35,228 nucleotides of DNA from a virus. Its lineage: Duplodnaviria; Caudoviricetes. Location of the stretch: IMG/VR virus record IMGVR_UViG_3300017913_002056, positions 1-35,228 of that record. The stretch is one strand, 5' to 3'. Below, piece by piece: positions 16,917 to 24,792 of the stretch. The notes below the pieces were generated by a model, which saw nothing but the letters and a program-made list of their open reading frames with translations, searched no databases and was not told where the DNA came from. Position 1 is the first letter of the stretch; each line of letters opens with the position of its first letter. Both the position numbers and the translations under genes were made by a program.

Positions 16917-17539
16917 TTCTTTTTCCAATACCAAACTGCTAGATTAATAAGCCTATCGTAGTCTGGTTTACCATGATCCTCGCCTTTGGGCCTTGCGCCG
17001 CCAGCTGCTGTCTCAATTTCGGGCTCACGATAGAATTCGACATCTCCAAACTTATTGGTTATATCGTATATATCCTCGACTTTCCACCCATACTGCACGA
17101 AACCTTTTTTTCTGTTTAGTTCAGTATAATCATTTAGTCTTGCACGGCATACAACGTAGCCACCAGGTTTACACCAATCAACGCATATTCTCAATTGATG
17201 TTCAACATCTTGTCTTGTTCCAAAGTTAATACTACCAAGTGCTAGTACCACATCGGCACAATTGGATTGAAAAATATTTAAATCATTAACTTCTTCAGCT
17301 GATAAATTAATGTCAGCTTCGGGATAGTTTGCGGCATCTAATCCAATAAGATTACTCACGTGTTCTTTATATGGATTAGTGCCGCAACCTACGTCAATTA
17401 TAAGGTTTGGTTCTAAACCCTTGAGCCAAGGGATTAAAATATCACTACTTTTAGTATGTGTTGCCCATCGCTCTCTGCTATAATTTGCTTTGTTAAAATG
17501 ATTTTTTATTTGTGTTAATCTATCCGTCATCTTCGTCAA
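16913..17539 (-). CDS. Class I SAM-dependent methyltransferase
   Basis: IIDVGCGTN, LIGLD, ADVVLALGSINFG, KPGG; paralog of 10877-11536. Confidence 0.88.
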   Translation of the reverse strand: MTKMTDRLTQIKNHFNKANYSRERWATHTKSSDILIPWLKGLEPNLIIDVGCGTNPYKEHVSNLIGLDAANYPEADINLSAEEVNDLNIFQSNCADVVLALGSINFGTRQDVEHQLRICVDWCKPGGYVVCRARLNDYTELNRKKGFVQYGWKVEDIYDITNKFGDVEFYREPEIETAAGGARPKGEDHGKPDYDRLINLAVWYWKKK

Positions 17540-17816
17540 ACAAAGTGTTTAAAACAGCATTTACATCTTTGGTAACGTCAGTTTTTACCTTTTCATAATC
17601 CAGCTGAATGCCAATATCCATGATATCTTCGCTTCTAAATTGCTGGAATAAAAACGCTGTACTGTCGAAACCTTCCAAATCTTCTGCAGAAATTTCTATC
17701 ACTGAACCGTCAATCATTTCAATTTTAATTAAACTGATATAATCTACCGGAACAGTACCTAAACTAATTTCATCAAAGATTCTGTTGAACGACCTATCTT
17801 TTCGTTCAATAGCCAT
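17520..17816 (-). CDS. Hypothetical phage protein
   Basis: Operon-packed ORF, acidic. Confidence 0.75.
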   Translation of the reverse strand: MAIERKDRSFNRIFDEISLGTVPVDYISLIKIEMIDGSVIEISAEDLEGFDSTAFLFQQFRSEDIMDIGIQLDYEKVKTDVTKDVNAVLNTLFDEDDG

Positions 17817-17817
17817 G

Positions 17818-18411
17818 TTATGCCTGTGCTGTTTTCTTTTTACGACCTGGCTTTAAGTCGGGCGCCATTTCGTATGCCTGTTCTTTCAGGTTTTTTGCTT
17901 CCTGCTCAAATACTTTTGCTTGATCAAGAAGCGTTTTTGCCATTGCAGTATCGTCTTGTACTTCTGGCTGACCTGATGTTGGTGTTGGTTCAGCTACATC
18001 TTTGCCTGCCATTTGTACTTGATCGTCCGACATCATTACATCGTTTGCTTCTGGATTCTGTTCACGTATAAGTGTGTTGAGTTCATCCAAACGAATTTTT
18101 ACTTCAGTATTTGGCAACATCATAACATTGTCTGTCGCTGTTTTATGAAGCAATCCACGGTTGTGCAATGTTTGTAGCATGTTTGATCCATCAGTAAAAA
18201 CAGATCTCTGTGCATACTCATAAAAATTTGCACTATTTTGTGAACCTGGAGATTCAACTGCATTAATGACATCATCATGCATCCAATCTGGAAGTGCATC
18301 TGTGTCGACTACCAAACAATTGTTTGGTTCATCTGGTACTTCTCGGAACACAACCACTACTCTTCGTTGAGTATTGATTAGCTGTCCCACATGTTTAATG
18401 TTTCTAGACAT
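17818..18411 (-). CDS. Hypothetical phage protein
   Basis: 197-aa ORF with C-terminal coiled coil and basic tail. Confidence 0.8.
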   Translation of the reverse strand: MSRNIKHVGQLINTQRRVVVVFREVPDEPNNCLVVDTDALPDWMHDDVINAVESPGSQNSANFYEYAQRSVFTDGSNMLQTLHNRGLLHKTATDNVMMLPNTEVKIRLDELNTLIREQNPEANDVMMSDDQVQMAGKDVAEPTPTSGQPEVQDDTAMAKTLLDQAKVFEQEAKNLKEQAYEMAPDLKPGRKKKTAQA

Positions 18412-18413
18412 TA

Positions 18414-18635
18414 TTAGCCCTCCTCTGTGGCTTCCTCGTCACTAGTTACTTGCTCTGGGGCAATTGCTTTTAAAACTTCGACAAGTTTTTCAAATGCTGA
18501 ACCCACAGTCTTAACTTCTGCACCTTTGAATGCACCACGTTGTACTGCTAGGTCAACAATGTTTGCAATAAGTGTTAGGTCTTGAACCGTAAGTGTAACA
18601 TTCACTTCTTCTGTTGTTTGATTTTCTTCAGCCAT
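18414..18635 (-). CDS. Hypothetical phage protein
   Basis: 73 aa, AGGAG SD, follows a TATAAATA box. Confidence 0.8.
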   Translation of the reverse strand: MAEENQTTEEVNVTLTVQDLTLIANIVDLAVQRGAFKGAEVKTVGSAFEKLVEVLKAIAPEQVTSDEEATEEG

Positions 18636-18664
18636 TTTATTCTCCTATAATTAACTGCTATGTT

Positions 18665-18672
18665 TATTTATA
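18665..18672 (-). promoter_or_regulatory. T4-type late promoter TATAAATA
   Basis: Exact TATAAATA about 30 nt upstream of the 18635 start. Confidence 0.6.
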
Positions 18673-18955
18673 CAGATAGTTTCTGTATGAATAGACTCTT
18701 TTCAAATTTATCTACATCATCATCTTTTTCAAACCATATCTGGAATATCTGTTTTTGATGATAATTTCTAATATGATACAATCCAGTGATGCCTTGGGTA
18801 AGAGCTTCCCAATCTGGTTCATATCCGCTTGATACTACCAATAATCGTCTGTTACGCATCATAGATAACAGTGTTGGTGTTCCTCTCAATAATGATAGAT
18901 CACCTTCGCTCAATGCACCTTGGTTATCTATCATTTTAATTTTTGCTGCTGCCAT
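18668..18955 (-). CDS. Hypothetical phage protein
   Basis: 95 aa, coupled to the VWA gene stop codon. Confidence 0.75.
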   Translation of the reverse strand: MAAAKIKMIDNQGALSEGDLSLLRGTPTLLSMMRNRRLLVVSSGYEPDWEALTQGITGLYHIRNYHQKQIFQIWFEKDDDVDKFEKSLFIQKLSV

Positions 18956-20154
18956 TATGCCGCCTTTTTGTATGCTGTAGTGGCTTCGTATTCATAATGT
19001 ACAGTAATACCAAACGGCGCTTCAATGCGTCCTTTGGGATCTCCATGAATTACAAAGCAGGTATCACAGTAGTCTGGATTACCCCATGAGCCCCAAGGAT
19101 AACCGTCTGTAAACATTACCAGTTGATCTGGCTCAATGCCTTCTTGTTCCATGTATTGGAATACAACATCAAAATCAGTACCGCCGCCACCTTCAAGTTC
19201 GTATTCATCCAAACGACGACCGTCATCACTTGTAAATGTTTCTACACCATATACATTGGTATCGAACTGGAAGATAGTAATTTTGTATGTCTGATATTGA
19301 TCCATAATACCTTGTACTTCACTAAGGAAGTCACGCAACATATCTTGACTAATGGATCCGCTTGTATCTAGTGCAACACAAATATTTAGTTCTTCGTCAC
19401 GGTTCATACCTGGGAAAATAACCTCACCACTACGCTTGCTTGGACGCATAAATGTAAAGTCACGCTTTAATGAACTTTCTAGTTGAACACGCAAAATGTC
19501 ACGCCAGTCCATTTTGGGTGCAACTAGTTCATTAATAAGACGCTTAACTGAATCAGGAACTTCTTGCCCTGCATTTTGTGCCGCCTGGATAGTAGCTTGT
19601 TTAATCTCGTCAGCAAGAGCCTTGCGCTCTTCCTCACTCATTTCAACTTTAATACCTTTGCCTTCTTCGTCACCGTCACCTGCTTCACCAATCTCAAGGT
19701 GTACATCCATGCCTTCAGCATCTTTGGCATTCTCAAGTAGATCATCATAGATCTCGTAGCTGTTCCAACCGGTGTATTTCCAGTCCAAACACATTTTACC
19801 GCCACCTAGTTTGTCTTCACCGATGGGATCTCCCACCTTCTGTTCTACTAGAGTCATGTTGATGTTAAAGTCTGCTGCCGCATTGTACAGCCGAGGGTGT
19901 CGATCACCACGTGCTTCCATGTGATCAAATACACAGTGTAGCACTTCATGCCCAACTAGAAAATCTAGTTCACCATCTGTGAGCGCATCTACAAACTCAC
20001 GATTGAAATAAAAGCGGCGCCCATCCGTCGCGGCAGTAGGGATACTTTCTGAGGCATCCTCAATGCGCAGACGTGTCGCCAGCTGTCCGAAAAAAGGCTT
20101 GTTGATAAGCAAACGAACTCGGGATTGTGTAATACGTTCTTCAGCAGTTTTCAT
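18955..20154 (-). CDS. DUF2201-type metallopeptidase + VWA domain protein (MoxR partner)
   Basis: TAATDG, HEVLH (HExxH), DTSGS (MIDAS), GGGGTDF, FTDG. Confidence 0.92.
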   Translation of the reverse strand: MKTAEERITQSRVRLLINKPFFGQLATRLRIEDASESIPTAATDGRRFYFNREFVDALTDGELDFLVGHEVLHCVFDHMEARGDRHPRLYNAAADFNINMTLVEQKVGDPIGEDKLGGGKMCLDWKYTGWNSYEIYDDLLENAKDAEGMDVHLEIGEAGDGDEEGKGIKVEMSEEERKALADEIKQATIQAAQNAGQEVPDSVKRLINELVAPKMDWRDILRVQLESSLKRDFTFMRPSKRSGEVIFPGMNRDEELNICVALDTSGSISQDMLRDFLSEVQGIMDQYQTYKITIFQFDTNVYGVETFTSDDGRRLDEYELEGGGGTDFDVVFQYMEQEGIEPDQLVMFTDGYPWGSWGNPDYCDTCFVIHGDPKGRIEAPFGITVHYEYEATTAYKKAA

Positions 20155-20178
20155 TTCGGTCTCCTAACTTACTTGTAT

Positions 20179-20207
20179 ATATTACGGCAATTTGCATATG
20201 ATGTCAA
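20179..20207 (-). promoter_or_regulatory. Sigma70-type (early) promoter
   Basis: TTGACA-17 nt-TAATAT, then AAGTAAGTTA and GGAG SD. Confidence 0.75.
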
Positions 20208-20539
20208 CGAAAAAAGGCAAGTTTAAACAACATTGCTTCTTCAGCATTTTTAAAATGCACTACATGACTATCATCAGGACGAGCATATTTTTCGATATGG
20301 TAATCTTGTTGATACAAATGTTCTCTTAACCACATTTTTGCTTTGTCTAGCTGTCCACGCAACACAACTGGTTCACTTGTACTTGCCCAACTTTGCTTAT
20401 ATTCTGTAACATCTCTGGGCAACCAATCTTTACATGCTAATCCATATAAACGGATATTAGTTCTTTCTCTGGGAGAATAAAGGGAGAGATCAACACTCTC
20501 CCCTTCACGCAGTTTAGGAGTCAAGTATGAGACGGCCAT
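20204..20539 (-). CDS. Hypothetical phage protein
   Basis: 111 aa between the MoxR and VWA genes; C-terminal F....EAMLFKL. Confidence 0.7.
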   Translation of the reverse strand: MAVSYLTPKLREGESVDLSLYSPRERTNIRLYGLACKDWLPRDVTEYKQSWASTSEPVVLRGQLDKAKMWLREHLYQQDYHIEKYARPDDSHVVHFKNAEEAMLFKLAFFR

Positions 20540-21638
20540 AACGATCGAAATAATCCTTAAAACGTTCTACTTTGTCTTGCTTGGGCATCAACTTGTATTG
20601 TTGCATAGCAATACGGCTAGCCATGATAACCATTTCAGTTTCGAAGTTGTCCATCATGAAGCTGATCATGTTGCTGTAGCTCTTGTGATACAGTGCCATC
20701 TGCTTGCTGTCAGCACCAGCTTTCTCACCAGCAATAAAGCGATCACGCAACTCATAGCATAGGCTAGTGGCAAGTGCATAGCAAGCTGAAATCTCAGTGT
20801 TGTCAACTTTCTTAACTTTTGCGTCCAGCACATCTTCTGGAAGTGGAAGGTCACCAGCAACCTTTTTGTGTGCCATAAACTTAACTGCAATACCTTCACC
20901 AACACAGCCTGCGACTAGATCAGTTGTCATTGCCTCACTCATGTCTTCGTCATCTTCAAGCAACTCACTTGTAAATGTCCAAGAGCGAGGAGTAGCAAAA
21001 CCACGTGAGCTGCTCTGTGCATCAAAGTTATAAAGATCGCCTTTTGCAAAGCTCAAGTAACCAACAATGTCAGCATCAATATTGTTGTTAACAGCCCAGT
21101 TCAACCAGTCTTGAAAGTCTACACGCAACTCAAAGTGTACAAAACGATTCTCAAGTGGCTTGGGCATACGGTATGTAACGCCCTTGTCTGTCTCACGGTT
21201 ACCTGCTGCAATAATAACAACATTGTCTGGTAACACATATTGCCCAATGCGGCGATTTAGAATCAATTGATACGCAGCCGCTTGCACACTAGGTGCCGCA
21301 CTGTTAAGTTCATCCATAAACAGGATAATTGTATCGTACTGTTCTGCCATTTCAGCAGTTGGCAAGTCTGCAGGCGGAAGCCATTGCATAACACCTGTTG
21401 CTACGTCTGGAACAGGATAGCCACGCAAATCAGTAGGCTCGAACAGTGCAAGACGCATATCAATAACATAGGTGTTGCCTAGCGCACCTGAGTCTCCGAT
21501 ACCCTCAACTAGTTCACTTTTACCGATACCGGGAGGCCCCCAAAGGAACACTGGACGCTTTTTCTTAAACGCACGTGTGATAAGTGTGGTAGCTTCTGAA
21601 ATTTTTACAGTGCGGGATTCTGAAATAGCAACTGACAT
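20514..21638 (-). CDS. MoxR-like AAA+ ATPase
   Basis: GPPGIGKS Walker A, LFMDE Walker B, AAGN, NRF arginine finger, TPRSW. Confidence 0.93.
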   Translation of the reverse strand: MSVAISESRTVKISEATTLITRAFKKKRPVFLWGPPGIGKSELVEGIGDSGALGNTYVIDMRLALFEPTDLRGYPVPDVATGVMQWLPPADLPTAEMAEQYDTIILFMDELNSAAPSVQAAAYQLILNRRIGQYVLPDNVVIIAAGNRETDKGVTYRMPKPLENRFVHFELRVDFQDWLNWAVNNNIDADIVGYLSFAKGDLYNFDAQSSSRGFATPRSWTFTSELLEDDEDMSEAMTTDLVAGCVGEGIAVKFMAHKKVAGDLPLPEDVLDAKVKKVDNTEISACYALATSLCYELRDRFIAGEKAGADSKQMALYHKSYSNMISFMMDNFETEMVIMASRIAMQQYKLMPKQDKVERFKDYFDRYGRLILDS

Positions 21639-21667
21639 CTTTGTCTCCTTTTTTAACTTACTTCATC

Positions 21668-21696
21668 ATACTAAATGATACTGGCATTTTAGTCAA
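21668..21696 (-). promoter_or_regulatory. Sigma70-type (early) promoter
   Basis: TTGACT-17 nt-TAGTAT, then AAGTAAGTTA. Confidence 0.7.
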
Positions 21697-21697
21697 G

Positions 21698-21727
21698 AAA
21701 AAAGCGAACCCAAGTTCGCTTTGTTTT
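21698..21727. terminator. Intrinsic terminator, possibly bidirectional
   Basis: AAAGCGAAC-CCAA-GTTCGCTTT stem-loop flanked by A and T tracts. Confidence 0.7.
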
Positions 21728-21734
21728 CAATAGG

Positions 21735-22049
21735 TTAGGATTTTTTTTGAATTTTTTTCAACATCTCATTTGCCATTTCACATGGATCATCTTCACCAAC
21801 CCAGTTGTCGATATCTTCCCATAGTTGCATTTCAGCATCTATCTCAGATTTCATTTCAGCATCAATTTCCTTCAACTGCTCGGTAATCCATTCATCCAGT
21901 TTAGCCATATCACCATCGCTGATTGCCAATAATTTGTCAACAGCATCGTCAGTAAACTTCTGCATCTGTTTTTCATTATAAGGCTGAGTGTACGTGTGTT
22001 TGATTTGCCAAATATTCTGGTTAGTATCACGTTCGTTACGCTTTGTCAT
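21735..22049 (-). CDS. Hypothetical phage protein
   Basis: 104 aa acidic, GGAG SD. Confidence 0.75.
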   Translation of the reverse strand: MTKRNERDTNQNIWQIKHTYTQPYNEKQMQKFTDDAVDKLLAISDGDMAKLDEWITEQLKEIDAEMKSEIDAEMQLWEDIDNWVGEDDPCEMANEMLKKIQKKS

Positions 22050-22059
22050 TTAATTCTCC

Positions 22060-22086
22060 AAAAAGAGGTGGGGAATAAATCCCCAC
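22060..22086 (-). terminator. GC-rich hairpin, terminator-like
   Basis: GTGGGGA-TTTAT-TCCCCAC followed by CTCTTTTT. Confidence 0.6.
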
Positions 22087-22128
22087 GAGTTACAAAATGG
22101 CTTGTAGACATAAAATCTACATAATACC

Positions 22129-22156
22129 ATTATACTATATTCTTCAATAATGTCAA
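22129..22156 (-). promoter_or_regulatory. Sigma70-type promoter
   Basis: TTGACA-16 nt-TATAAT, both hexamers perfect. Confidence 0.75.
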
Positions 22157-22386
22157 GACATTATATCAGGGTAGCGTTTTGCAATCTCAACAATAAACTC
22201 TTTTTCTTCACTAGTAATTTCTGTTAAGCGTTTGCCAAATGGTGCGCCCACAGTTGTTAGCATATTTCCTACCACACACATGCGATTGGCATAATCGTCA
22301 TCTTTTTCGGTGACAGCTTTGTCCATAATTTTACGTCCAATGTTGCCTAGTTGACGTTCTTGTTCATTTACTTCAAAAAATTGCAT
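22153..22386 (-). CDS. Hypothetical phage protein
   Basis: 77 aa, GAGG SD, own promoter. Confidence 0.75.
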   Translation of the reverse strand: MQFFEVNEQERQLGNIGRKIMDKAVTEKDDDYANRMCVVGNMLTTVGAPFGKRLTEITSEEKEFIVEIAKRYPDIMS

Positions 22387-22422
22387 AGTCGCAAATCCTC
22401 TGTTCGTTTAAGTTACTCTACC

Positions 22423-22451
22423 ACTTTACAGTAAGACGTCTTGGTTGTCAA
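22423..22451 (-). promoter_or_regulatory. Sigma70-type (early) promoter
   Basis: TTGACA-17 nt-TAAAGT, then GAGTAACTTA. Confidence 0.65.
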
Positions 22452-23715
22452 CAAAAAAAGGCAATAAATCTGAAGAAAAATCAGTTATTTTTAATTCATA
22501 AATCTTGTCAAGATGACGGAAATAATCTATAGTCTTTTCAGGCATGTCTTGTTCATCATAATCGCTGACTAAAAACTGCTCTATTTTATCTATACCTTCA
22601 CTGCTAAACTTTGCCAAACGTCTGGGCATGTCTGCCAGTTTCTTTTTACTTTGAATTAGGTCTTTGAGTGCTTTATCTTTGAGTTGCTTGGGCAAATATA
22701 CTGCACTAATTGGGTGGGGAGGATCGACAAATGCTACGTGCATCTCTAGATCGTTTTCAATAATGTAATCAAATATCCCATTCCAATCCAGCATTGTTAA
22801 AAAATTAACTGTAATAGTTCCTTTAATTGTAACATTTTTTACATTTTCCTTAATGGCTTTGATATTCTCATCAACCAAATTCCAATCACTACCGTAGCGG
22901 AAATAAGGATAAAAATGAGGGCTGGTATCCAAACTAGCAAACACACGCAAACTATTAAACTCGTTCCAGGTATCAAAAAACCTGTCATACAATCTGTGCT
23001 GTAAATTAGTATGATATCTCAAATCAATTTTATGTTTGTTTGGTACTAAATCCAACCATTCCAGATGCTTTTTATCCAGCAATGGTTCACCTCCAGTGAA
23101 GTGCAAATGCTTTAGATTGTTTGCAAATTTAAAAAAGTTCTGTAGTTGATCGGGACCATTGATATAGTTTGCAATGTATTGTGTTTGAATATTACTATCA
23201 GTGTCCAAGTAAAAGTATTCTTTAACTTTTTCTACATCTTCATATTCACTCAGCAAAGAAATCCAACGGGTGCTGCTTTCCTGATTACAGTGAGCGCATG
23301 CCAGATTACAAACACCATGTGGGCGGATCTCCATGGTGTGTATATGTCCAGGATATGTTTGTGTTGGATCTTTTTTAATCTCTTCTACAATGTGTTCGAG
23401 ATATTCTTTATTAACGATATTTTTTAAGAAATGTTCGTTGTATTCATGTCGGGTACTTTTTATACCCTTTTCTTCTCTTGCTTTACATTGCCTACAACTA
23501 TCTGGCCATTCACCATTCCACAGTTGTTGTCGCAAAGTTTGCATATTTTCATTATTAACTGTTTCCAGTAAATCCTCGCCTTGTTTCCATCTACCCTGAA
23601 ACTCTTTGCTACGATAGCACGGCAAAACTCCGCCGCTCTGATCTAAGTCTAAATTTGTATAGGGCGCAAAACAAAAACTATTAGGTAATTTTAACTTTTG
23701 CAATCTACTTGCCAT
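22426..23715 (-). CDS. Radical SAM protein with N-terminal Twitch/SPASM-like domain
   Basis: FCFAPY..LPC..SCRQC then CNLACAHC, TGGEPL. Confidence 0.92.
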   Translation of the reverse strand: MASRLQKLKLPNSFCFAPYTNLDLDQSGGVLPCYRSKEFQGRWKQGEDLLETVNNENMQTLRQQLWNGEWPDSCRQCKAREEKGIKSTRHEYNEHFLKNIVNKEYLEHIVEEIKKDPTQTYPGHIHTMEIRPHGVCNLACAHCNQESSTRWISLLSEYEDVEKVKEYFYLDTDSNIQTQYIANYINGPDQLQNFFKFANNLKHLHFTGGEPLLDKKHLEWLDLVPNKHKIDLRYHTNLQHRLYDRFFDTWNEFNSLRVFASLDTSPHFYPYFRYGSDWNLVDENIKAIKENVKNVTIKGTITVNFLTMLDWNGIFDYIIENDLEMHVAFVDPPHPISAVYLPKQLKDKALKDLIQSKKKLADMPRRLAKFSSEGIDKIEQFLVSDYDEQDMPEKTIDYFRHLDKIYELKITDFSSDLLPFFVDNQDVLL

Positions 23716-24025
23716 CTAACCATCCTTGCGCTCCAGCGAGCTTTGCAAACATCGCATCTACTTCAGTAAACAATATCAGCTTCTTTTTATCAATAAAGTA
23801 TGGAAAGGTCATTTTTTTCATAAATGATATCATATTTCCTGCTGACATGACTGGAGGCTCAAGTTCCCAACTTTCGTACTCTTTTTGTAATGCACTTGCG
23901 CCGGATAACTTGAGCCTCAATGTATGTTTATTATAAAATATATCGCTGGGTTTAAGAGATTCACAGCTCAACAGAGTAATAATTTTACTCTGGATCTTTT
24001 GAATCTCTTGTAATTTCTTCTCCAT
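23705..24025 (-). CDS. Hypothetical phage protein
   Basis: 106 aa, operon-packed. Confidence 0.7.
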   Translation of the reverse strand: MEKKLQEIQKIQSKIITLLSCESLKPSDIFYNKHTLRLKLSGASALQKEYESWELEPPVMSAGNMISFMKKMTFPYFIDKKKLILFTEVDAMFAKLAGAQGWLDGK

Positions 24026-24287
24026 GTGTTAGCTTTACTACTGTGAACTCTTTAGTATTGAACTTATCATTTAGTTTATCTGCCAAATTAAATGCATGTC
24101 CGCTGTTACTAAAACTTACCTTTTTATATTTAGGTCCTGGATAATTTACTAGTTTATTTAGATATCGAATATTGATCGGTTTATTCTGATAGAACACAGC
24201 ATAGATTGCATCTGCCTCAAGAATTTGATCACTATTATATTGCTTATCCACTGTTTCAATAATAATAGTTGGTTTTGGTCTAGCCAT
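23985..24287 (-). CDS. Hypothetical phage protein
   Basis: 100 aa, AAGGAG SD; YPGPKYKKVSFSNSGHA segment recalled from large-phage proteins. Confidence 0.8.
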   Translation of the reverse strand: MARPKPTIIIETVDKQYNSDQILEADAIYAVFYQNKPINIRYLNKLVNYPGPKYKKVSFSNSGHAFNLADKLNDKFNTKEFTVVKLTHGEEITRDSKDPE

Positions 24288-24308
24288 ACGCTATCTCCTT
24301 TATACTAC

Positions 24309-24315
24309 TATTTAT
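24309..24315 (-). promoter_or_regulatory. T4-late-like promoter box ATAAATA
   Basis: AATAAATA about 22 nt upstream of the 24287 start. Confidence 0.5.
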
Positions 24316-24346
24316 TTAAATAGTGAGATAATTACGGCTTTTACTG

Positions 24347-24790
24347 TTATCTTTTTGCTTTTTTTAGCTCTAAATTCATTTCCCATTCAGTTTGATAAGG
24401 GCCGCGGAATGGATATTTCTGCAAAGTATCGTATTTCGGACAAAAACTAGGCAACCATTTTTTAAACTGTATGATATAATAGCCTGCTGCTGTAAGAGAC
24501 TTGCTGGTTTTGCTTTTTTTGAAAAGTGGAAGCTCGTGTTCTACTGGCACAGGATTAGCGAACCCGCATGGATATCCGTTTACTAAACTATTTCCAGTGA
24601 CACTATCTTCACGTGCTACCAAGGTTAGTTTAAACATGTCCTCGATACTGGATACAACTGAAGTATCTTGTGATCGTTGATCAAAAAACTCATATCTATC
24701 AGCTGATAGAAAACGCAATGTTCCTACTTTTCCATCACTGTTTTTTACAATCCAGAATTTATCTTTGATTACTTCTTGTGCTGTATACAT
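24347..24790 (-). CDS. Hypothetical phage protein
   Basis: 147 aa downstream of rnh; AGYY...W..SFCPK...YP..GP. Confidence 0.8.
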   Translation of the reverse strand: MYTAQEVIKDKFWIVKNSDGKVGTLRFLSADRYEFFDQRSQDTSVVSSIEDMFKLTLVAREDSVTGNSLVNGYPCGFANPVPVEHELPLFKKSKTSKSLTAAGYYIIQFKKWLPSFCPKYDTLQKYPFRGPYQTEWEMNLELKKAKR

Positions 24791-24792
24791 GT

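Noticed and set aside
22046-22130. Short leader-peptide ORFs in the intergenic region
   Set aside because: One ATG lies inside the -10 box and none has an SD; no evidence of translation.
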